Assembly (NCBI GenBank): GCA_951406725.2 | Contig: OX597818.1 | Location: 100,626,001 to 100,690,000 of the forward strand | DNA: 64,000 nt | Origin: Octopus vulgaris | Taxonomy: Eukaryota | Reading direction: 5' to 3' | In this document: one piece after another, positions 54,976 through 64,000 of the stretch | Numbering within the stretch: position 1 is the stretch's first letter | How the letters are laid out: the number at the start of each line of letters is the position of its first letter | The notes under the pieces: generated by a model | Told to the model about the DNA's origin: nothing | What the model saw: the letters and a program-made list of their open reading frames with translations, nothing else | Database searches by the model: none | Made by a program: the position numbers and the translations under genes

Positions 54976-57110
54976 TGCGCTACATCATAGACAGGGTAGT
55001 TAACGAACCTGGCATGGGTGGGGCCCTGATCAACTTGGATCAATCGAAAGCCTTTGATAGGGTAGACCATCGATACTTGGGGGCAGTCCTGAGAGCGGCT
55101 GGTTTCGGTCCCGTTTTCCGCGGATGGATAGCTGCCTTGTACAGAGGCATCCGTTCGGTAATTCGCGTAAATGGACATCTATCGAGACCTTTCGACATTG
55201 CACGTTCGGTCCGTCAGGGATGCCCCCTCTCGGCGCTTCTATACGTATTGACTCTTGAGCCACTACTGCGGAAGCTGGCGACTCTAAGGGGCATCCCGCG
55301 AGAATTGGGATGCGGGACGAGCGTGTCTGCATACGCGGACGACGTCACCGTCATAGTGTCTAGCCACGAGCACATCGAGCTGGTCGGCGAGACACTGAAA
55401 AACTACGAAGCGGTGACAGGAGCGAAAATCAACCGGGAAAAGTCAGTGGGCTTGCGACTAGGCACCTGGAGAAGCAAGCCCATGCCGTCCACCAGCGCCT
55501 CCGTCGTGGGACGCTGGACCGACGGCCCGGTTGAGTTGCTCGGGGTCTGGTTTGGTCCGGACCTCCAAGTGGAGAAGAACTGGAACGAGATAACGAGTAG
55601 GGTGGTCACTCTCGCCCGGCAATGGGCCGAGAGGAAACTGTCCCTAAAAGGTCGAGCGGAGGTGGCGAACACGTACATCGCGTCCGTCATCTACTACCGC
55701 CTGACCGTCGTACCTTGTCCCGACCCTACCATCACCAAACTACAACGCATCCTCTTTCGCTTCTTGTGGAAAGGATGCGTCCCGATGGTCAGGCGATCCA
55801 TTTGCTGTCAACACCCGTTAAAAGGAGGGCTGGGCATGCCGTGGTTGATGATGCGCAGACACGCGCTGAGACTGCGGCATCTCTGGCTCTATGTAGACGA
55901 CGGTGAACAGGTGTGGTCGCCGTTTGTGAGGCACGCTTTCCCGCAGCTCGTCTCCATGACCGAACTGCAGTCGTGGATCAAAAAGAGGCCGAGGAAGGGC
56001 GAATGGCACCGCGAGTGTCGCGTTGCTCTCAAGCAACTCTGCCGTCCTGGGTCGACCTTAAGTGACTTCAACACAACCAAAGCATTCTATAGGGGTTTAG
56101 TGGAGGGGAGGTACGACGACGAGCTCGGGGCGAACCTGGACGTCGACGAGGAGTACCTGACCCGCCTGTTCAGGACGACTTTCGGGCCAGGGCCCATGGA
56201 CAACTTCCAGAGATCCCTGGCCTGGCAGTGCTACCGAGAAGCGCTACCCGTTCGGGATAAGCTCTACAGACACGGCTCGAGAAACACGGGGCCGACCTGC
56301 CCGAGATGCGGTCAGAGCGACGAAACCGTTCTGCACGCACTCGTTCAGTGTCCAACAATTTCCGACCTGTGGGCTTATGTCGAACAACTGCTGTCACGTG
56401 TGGGACGAGTCGGTTTATCAGCTGAGTCTATCGTCAATATTGTCACGCCTCCTTCCTTCAAACGGGAAGGAAGAGCTATTTTCATCATCCTTGTGGCTAT
56501 GGCGAAAGAATGTATCTGGTGGACGCGTCTGAAAGGATTGGAGACAAACACTTTCCTCTCTGGTCAATCTCTCATCAACTTCTTCAAGTACCACTTGAAA
56601 AGGAAAGTGAGAGTAGAGAGGCAAGTTTTGTCTAGCGAATGTTTTAAAAAAAGATGGGTGAATGTAGCAAGAATGGCACGTATGAATGACGAAGCCACCT
56701 TGAGCATAGTCCTATGAACCCAGAAATCGAAAACAGAGAGTTGCTTATTTGCAACAAAAAAAAAAAAAAAAAAAGAATTATAAAATGTGACTTCATTGAC
56801 CGAGGTTACCGTGGTCTTTTCCGTAGGCTTTTCTTTCCACGGGTAAACCTCACTTGTCCTCCCCTTTACACTTCATATTGACATTTCTGTGATAACGATC
56901 CCTATTGATCAATTTTTTTTTCCTCCCCCCCTTTTTTTTTAACCCCCCTTTTTTTGTGTCCTCCTTCTCTCCTTTTACGATCCCTTTTGATCGAAACTCC
57001 CCCTTTCTTTTTTTTTTTTTTTTTTTTTCTTTTTTTAACCTTCAAAAGAAAAGCTCTACCTTGTAATTTGTTCTATCTGTGTGCAGCCCTGTGTGGCTAA
57101 TAAAGAAACA
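54976..57110 (+). mobile_element. L1/Tx1-clade LINE copy 1, 5'-truncated
   Basis: RT and zinc-finger ORF followed by a pyrimidine-rich 3' UTR ending AATAAAgaaaca directly into tatc. Confidence 0.95.
54978..56717 (+). CDS. Tx1-like ORF2 C-terminal part (reverse transcriptase + CCHC), uninterrupted
   Basis: LDQSKAFDRV, SVRQGCPLS, AYADD, GAKINREKS, KGGLG, CPRCGQSDETVLHALVQC; the frame is open from the truncation point (RYIIDR...). Confidence 0.93.
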   Translation, partial: RYIIDRVVNEPGMGGALINLDQSKAFDRVDHRYLGAVLRAAGFGPVFRGWIAALYRGIRSVIRVNGHLSRPFDIARSVRQGCPLSALLYVLTLEPLLRKLATLRGIPRELGCGTSVSAYADDVTVIVSSHEHIELVGETLKNYEAVTGAKINREKSVGLRLGTWRSKPMPSTSASVVGRWTDGPVELLGVWFGPDLQVEKNWNEITSRVVTLARQWAERKLSLKGRAEVANTYIASVIYYRLTVVPCPDPTITKLQRILFRFLWKGCVPMVRRSICCQHPLKGGLGMPWLMMRRHALRLRHLWLYVDDGEQVWSPFVRHAFPQLVSMTELQSWIKKRPRKGEWHRECRVALKQLCRPGSTLSDFNTTKAFYRGLVEGRYDDELGANLDVDEEYLTRLFRTTFGPGPMDNFQRSLAWQCYREALPVRDKLYRHGSRNTGPTCPRCGQSDETVLHALVQCPTISDLWAYVEQLLSRVGRVGLSAESIVNIVTPPSFKREGRAIFIILVAMAKECIWWTRLKGLETNTFLSGQSLINFFKYHLKRKVRVERQVLSSECFKKRWVNVARMARMNDEATLSIVL

Positions 57111-57119
57111 TATCTATCC

Positions 57120-57607
57120 AGTGAGAGTAGAGAGGCAAGTTTTGTCTAGCGAATGTTTTAAAAAAAGATGGGTGAATGTAGCAAGAATGGCACGTATGAA
57201 TGACGAAGCCACCTTGAGCATAGTCCTATGAACCCAGAAATCAAAAACAGAGAGTTGCTTATTTGCAAAAAAAAAAAAAAAGAAATATAAAATGTGACAT
57301 CATTGACCGAGGTTACCGTGGTCTTTTCCGTAGGCTTTTCTTTGCACGGGTAAACCTCACCTGTCCTCCCCTTTACACTTCATATTGACATTTCTGTGAT
57401 AACGATCCCTATTGATCAATTTTTTTTCCTCCCCCCTTTTTTTAAACCCCCTTTTTTTGTCCTCTTTCTCTCCTTTTACGATCCCTTTTGATCGAAACTC
57501 CCCCTTCCTTTTTTTTTTTTTTTTTTTTTCTTAAACCTTCAAAAGAAAAGCTCTACCTTGTAATTTGTTCTATCTGTGTGCAGCCCTGTGTGGCTAATAA
57601 AGAAACA
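57120..57607 (+). mobile_element. Tx1 copy 2 (last ~490 bp)
   Basis: Repeats 56606-57110 with minor changes; separated from copy 1 by tatctatcc. Confidence 0.95.
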
Positions 57608-57619
57608 TATCTATCCATA

Positions 57620-57753
<134 letters not shown>

Positions 57754-57819
57754 CCTATCTATCTATCTGTCTGTCTCTCTGTCTATCTATCTATCTATCT
57801 CTCTATCTGTCTGTCTGTC

Positions 57820-59680
57820 TACGTATTGACTCTTGAGCCACTACTGCGGAAGCTGGCGACTCTAAGGGGCATCCCGCGAGAATTGGGATGCGGGACGAGC
57901 GTGTCTGCATACGCGGACGACGTCACCGTCATAGTGTCTAGCCACGAGCACATCGAGCTGGTCGGCGAGACACTGAAAAACTACGAAGCGGTGACAGGAG
58001 CGAAAATCAACCGGGAAAAGTCAGTGGGCTTGCGACTAGGCACCTGGAGAAGCAAGCCCATGCCGTCCACTAGCGCCTCCGTTGTGGGACGCTGGACCGA
58101 CGGCCCGGTTGAGTTGCTCGGGGTCTGGTTTGGTCCGGACCTCCAAGTGGAGAAGAACTGGAACGAGATAACGAGTAGGGTGGTCACTCTCGCCCGGCAA
58201 TGGGCCGAGAGGAAACTGTCCCTAAAAGGTCGAGCGGAGGTGGCGAACACGTACATCGCGTCCGTCATCTACTACCGCCTGACCGTCGTACCTTGTCCCG
58301 ACCCTACCATCACCAAACTACAACGCATCCTCTTTCGCTTTTTGTGGAAAGGATGCGTCCCGATGGTCAGGCGATCCATTTGCTGTCAACACCCGTTAAA
58401 AGGAGGGCTGGGCATGCCGTGGTTGATGATGCGCAGACACGCGCTGAGACTGCGACATCTCTGGCTCTATGTAGACGACGGTGAACAGGTGTGGTCGCCG
58501 TTTGTGAGGCACGCTTTCCCGCAGCTCGTCTCCATGACCGAACTGCAGTCGTGGATCAAAAAGAGGCCGAGGAAGGGCGAATGGCACCGCGAGTGTCGCG
58601 TTGCTCTCAAGCAACTCTGCCGTCCTGGGTCGACCTTAAGTGACTTCAACACAACCAAAGCATTCTATAGGGGTTTAGTGGAGGGGAGGTACGACGACGA
58701 GCTCGGGGCGAACCTGGACGTCGACGAGGAGTACCTGACCCGCCTGTTCAGGACGACTTTCGGGCCAGGGCCCATGGACAACTTCCAGAGATCCCTGGCC
58801 TGGCAGTGCTACCGAGAAGCGCTACCCGTTCGGGATAAGCTCTACAGACACGGCTCGAGAAACACGGGGCCGACCTGCCCGAGATGCGGTCAGAGCGACG
58901 AAACCGTTCTGCACGCACTCGTTCAGTGTCCAACAATTTCCGACCTGTGGGCTTGTGTCGAACAACTGCTGTCACGTGTGGGACGAGTCGGTTTATCAGC
59001 TGAGTCTATCGTCAATATTGTCACGCCTCCTTCCTTCAAACGGGAAGGAAGAGCTATTTTCATCATCCTTGTGGCTATGGCGAAAGAATGTATCTGGTGG
59101 ACGCGTCTGAAAGGATTGGAGACAAACACTTTCCTCTCTGGTCAATCTCTCATCAACTTCTTCAAGTACCACTTGAAAAGGAAAGTGAGAGTAGAGAGGC
59201 AAGTTTTGTCTAGCGAATGTTTTAAAAAAAGATGGGTGAATGTAGCAAGAATGGCACGTATGAATGACGAAGCCACCTTGAGCATAGTCCTATGAACCCA
59301 GAAATCTAAAACAGAGAGTTGCTTATTTGCAAAAAAAAAAAAAAAAAATATAAAATGTGACTTCATTGACCGAGGTTACCGTGGTCTTTTCCGTAGGCTT
59401 TTCTTTCCACGGGTAAACCTCAGCTGTCCTCCCCTTTACACTTCATATTGACATTTCTGTGATAACAATCCCTATTGATCAATTTTTTTTCCTCCCCCCT
59501 TTTTTTAACCCCCCTTTTTTTAACCCCCCTTTTTTTGTCCTCTTTCTCTCCTTTTACGATCCCTTTTGATCGAAACTCCCCCCTTCCTTTTTTTTTTTTT
59601 TTTCTAACCCTTCAAAAGAAAAGCTCTACCTTGTAATTTGTTCTATCTGTGTGCAGCCCGGTGTGGCTAATAAAGAAACA
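57820..59680 (+). mobile_element. Tx1 copy 3, 5'-truncated; ORF open to stop at 59295
   Basis: Protein identical to copy 1 over the shared span except Y to C (WAYV/WACV); same 3' terminus. Confidence 0.95.
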
Positions 59681-59697
59681 TATCTCTCCATCCATCC

Positions 59698-59728
<31 letters not shown>

Positions 59729-59748
59729 AATCTATGTCTCTATGTATC

Positions 59749-59790
<42 letters not shown>

Positions 59791-61389
59791 TGTAGACACA
59801 ACCATGTATTCAGTTTACAGATAGAATGGTGTTAGAATGTATATATACATAAACATACACATACACACACATATGTTTATTCATGTGTGTGTGTGTGTGT
59901 GTGTGTGTGTGAGTGCGCCCGTGTGTGTGCCAGTGTGTGTGTCTGTTTGTGTGCCCGTGGCTGTGTGTGAATGGGTGTTTATTTAGCAGCGAAACATTTT
60001 TCGTCCGTAATGTAAACCTGAAAGACTGAAAGGTTTACTCAACCGTGAAGTTTCAGTTGCTGTCGTTACACGCAAGAAATTATTCTCCGAGTACAATACT
60101 CAATCATACAACTTATACATATTTAATATATATGCAAATAGACAATTGAATATTCTGTAGAATATTCGTGCACTTGAAATTATATGTTGTACACCATTTT
60201 ATTTATATAATAGATCAATATTATGTTATGCTAATACTTTACACAAGACACCTTCAAATCAACATTTTACCCTTAACAATATACCGACGTCTACAGACGT
60301 TGATATACGTCTTTCTTTTCATATTCAGCAAAAACTAGAGACCTAGCTTCGTAGGATAGCACCTGCCGTTTCCGAGAAAGCGGGGATCCACATTTATCAT
60401 TTCATGAAGCTTTGAGAAGTTGAAAGTTTGACGTTATTTATTTGGTATGCTTAACTTACAGATTAAGTAATTATGCAAACTGTCAAGGAAATTCAAATTT
60501 GCCGTTGCTTCTGCACTGAGTTTTAACTCTTTATTTCTTATATTGCAATACGCCGGGTTGTTCCTTCGAGGAATGGCACAACATGGTCATACACATGATA
60601 TTTCAGTCAGTAGTTAATACTATGTACCTTCCAACAAAACAATGATCACCTGGCGATACTTTGGTTTTCCGTCATCAAATATGTCACATCCTAGTTGTGT
60701 TTCCCGACGAAAGATTAGATATGACACCACAAATTCCTAGTTTTGAAGTGGAGGTCTATAAATTTTTACATAAATTATTAACTAATAAAAATTTCCTTTG
60801 ACGAACAATACCTTGTAATATGTAGATTAAAGTATAATCCAAGTTAACAATCATTATCAGCGCCCTAGTGGGGAACAAAATCGAATATGAACACAAACAA
60901 TATTTCATTCTTGTGTAATTAAATCACTTCAGTTCCAACTTATTCTGTTTATTTCACTCACGTAATTAATGAAAATACAATGAGATAATCAGACAAAACA
61001 ATATATATAAATGACCAGCATCTATCAGAATGGATAAATAAACTCTAGTGGGTGTCATGGATCCAAAATAATACATTTAAATGAAAGAATATAATTAGGA
61101 TAACTATATACGTACATACATACATACATATATACGCATACAGATAAACACATATATGAATATTAAATACATGTATTAACAAAAACTCACACATAAGCAC
61201 CACTACTTCGTCATTTTCTCAATATTCTATACGAGCAATGGACCGTGCTGAGTTGTCAAATATTTAAACGAAATTTTCTCATAACAACTTGTCCGACAGT
61301 ACCATAGACCACCTCTTTGAGAAACACTGATTTAACCTAAATTTGAGACACCAGCAAAAGAAGAAATAAAGATAGACTTTTTTTTCTAT

Positions 61390-61586
61390 TCCAAAGTAAA
61401 ACGATTTCTGACGGCTTTATATATCACATTCTCACCTGGAATCGACTTTTATAATTTTCTCAAGACTTATACACGCCCGGATACCGTCGATATCTACATA
61501 TCAAATTTGAGCGCAATCAGATGGAGGATGCCCGAGATTCTAGAAGCCACACACGCACAAAGACAGAACGGATTTTATATAAGAGA
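61390..61586 (-). mobile_element. Helitron 5'-end fragment
   Basis: ...acagaacggattttatataagagat corresponds to a TCTCTTATATAAAA start on the minus strand. Confidence 0.5.
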
Positions 61587-62426
61587 TTCTTGAATACCAT
61601 TTATTCCCATGACTCTCTTCGTCTTTACACCATTTTCCAGTATTCTGCGTGAATTACTTGCTTTAGCTTTTGGATACACACACTCACACACACACTCGTT
61701 TAGGTGCATAAATCTAAATCTCAACCTTTATCTCTATTCACTCAGTGAATTGTCAGTAAGTTGTCAAAAATCATATCTTATTAGCAGATGCATATTTCAT
61801 GCTTGTGGGAGTAAGAGAAAAATAATAATATAACGATCATATATAATAGGATGTTCAGTAGTTAATCCAGCATGTAATGCTGATCGAAAGAATTTATCCT
61901 TATTAATCGAATGCTTTTCGGTGAATATGTTATAATCTATTTATATAATCGCAACGCATAAGCAACAACATACAACAGAGAATGTACGTAAAAATATATA
62001 TTTCATAAATAAGAAACCGAGGGAAAGAGATCGTTACTTGATACAGATATTACTACTTCAAACAAAAATGCAAAGTGATGCATGTTTCAGCAGAAGCTAA
62101 CCCATCTGCTTCATGCTAACTACAGATTGAACGGGTTGATCACGAAGTATTTATAGAAACCAAAGTCAAAGTAACCAGAATCCCATTAGCTTCATATTAA
62201 GTTTGATACCAAAAATTGATCAACGACTTTTTTTTAAATTCGAAATTTAGTATTGAGAAAAAATATGCAGGAAAGTCAAACACATTTGAATTTAATTTTG
62301 CTGATAATAGCAAATTTCGCTTCTTGTTGACCTCTTTAAACACAGGATCATAACAATTGTATATTTTAGAGTGATTGGTTGAAATCTGTGTATTAAGTGT
62401 CAGCCTTTATTTTGTTTACTTTGTAG

Positions 62427-62566
62427 AATCTTTTAAAAAGTGCGGAGCTAATGCATTTGATTTGTTGACGGGGATTATAAGATCTACTGAAAAGCAGTAA
62501 GAAAGAGTGTGACAGGGAGCTAAACATAGATGTATAAACCGGCATTAATTGAAATATATAACGGGG
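62427..62566 (+). pseudogene. Exon-like relic with EGF/laminin-type remnants
   Basis: Acceptor ttgtttactttgtag|; across frameshifts it reads KCGANAFD / DYKIY*K / KECDRE / RCIN. Confidence 0.3.
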
Positions 62567-64000
62567 GTAGTGGGGAGAAAAATACAGGCATCTTCCACGT
62601 TATTCCTTCATGTGGATATATGAATTATATTCTTTACAAATGGAAGAGCATGTGAAGGCATTTTGTCTAATACTGTACATCCAGTTGACATTAATTTTGA
62701 AGTGAAAACAATATTGCCTTTCGTGCTTGCACTCATATGATTACCGATGCTCACAACTGTAATTCCTAGGTCTAATAATGCCGTTCTATCAATGCCTTCC
62801 TTTATTCGAAAATGATCAGAGGCTTATAACAATTACGAGAAAAAGGTTGCAGGTATATCATACATTACCTTAAACAGAAGATGAATTTATGTAATTTTAT
62901 TGTATGTTTTTCGTTTCATTCCTCTTTGATTACGTTCTCTAAAAGATGGAAGGCAAAATAATAATCAGCTATATTTAGTGATGTACTACTTGATAACACT
63001 CCTGTCATACAGACAGAAAATATATTATCGTTACAGATCGATAGAAAAATGCTATAGGAAAAGAGGTCCTAGCACTGGAATCAAGATAAAGGAATCACTG
63101 AGTTCAATAACAGCCTCTTGAAAGATAGCATATGTCAATAATATTAACATGCCTGTCTGTCTCTGTCTGTCTGTCTCTGTCCCTGTCTCTATCTGTCTGT
63201 CTGTCTGCCCTCCTCTCTCTGTTCTCAGTGAGTGAATGCCAAATTTTAAAATTTTGAATTCGCGTGCCACAAACCTAACAGAATAATGTACTTAACCAGT
63301 TACCTTTCCGGAGGTATTGGAATTGGCAATGTTTTCCTGCAATGCAAATATATACTAAATTATTCTATTACTCACACAGTATCGTAATCTGTGCATTTTA
63401 TATTAAATAATTAATGAAATTACCTCTTTTATATGTTGTGAACTAAGTGCTTTTGACGTGAAACCAAAGACTTGCTATTTGTAACAAGTGATATTAAAAA
63501 CCCACTCTCTGCCATGTCTATAGATATGCTGCACCCTCACCAGGCCTTTTTTCTCCAATTAAAATCTCGAGTATGGTATCGCAGGAAAGAAACGAACCTT
63601 TGATGCTGACGTGACCAGCACCGTAGCGTTTATCAAATATCTGCAAAAAAGCAAGATCAACATAGTAATGTGATGACAGAATAACAATATGTTTCTAAAT
63701 GTTTGCAAATAGATATAAAATAAAGAAGAAACTGGTATATATGCAAGCCAAGAGAAAAGCACTTACACATATGCTAAACCAATATTTCGGATCTCATTTT
63801 TTTTATGGCATTTTCGATTCCTTTAACGGAGTCTAAGAAAACGTCAAACTGCAAAAAAATATTTCTGATTCTTTTTTATTCCTCTGGCAACACCTGCCTA
63901 TATTTGTAAAGCTTTTCTCCAACAAAATATTTGACATTTACAGAAATTTACAATACTAAATAAAATGCTATAGAACATTCAAATGGATACTGTGACAGAA

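Overview
AT-rich, microsatellite-saturated animal DNA. The SINE families and repeat landscape look like octopus/coleoid cephalopod DNA (recalled resemblance, not a database result). Nearly all ORF-track entries are translated (TA)n/(TAA)n/(TATC)n repeats. No intact host gene is evident. Content: (i) three almost identical, young L1/Tx1-type LINE copies stacked head-to-tail in a (TATC)n microsatellite (54976-59680); (ii) R4/Dong-clade RLE LINEs of at least two families in (TAA)n arrays, one full length (30628-34795), plus short 3'-end copies and a ~555-bp non-coding TAA-flanked element; (iii) a decayed CR1-group LINE with a CCCH finger in ORF1, whose 3' end matches the tail of the main SINE family; (iv) relics of a MULE, three Tc1/mariner elements and several Helitrons; (v) several type I hammerhead-ribozyme-like motifs and long fold-back palindromes of probable Penelope-like or MITE origin; (vi) scattered plus-strand Cys-rich exon-like relics suggesting a decayed multi-EGF gene. 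The best leads are the (TATC)n-associated Tx1 family and the hammerhead motifs. Boundaries were read by eye and many are approximate.
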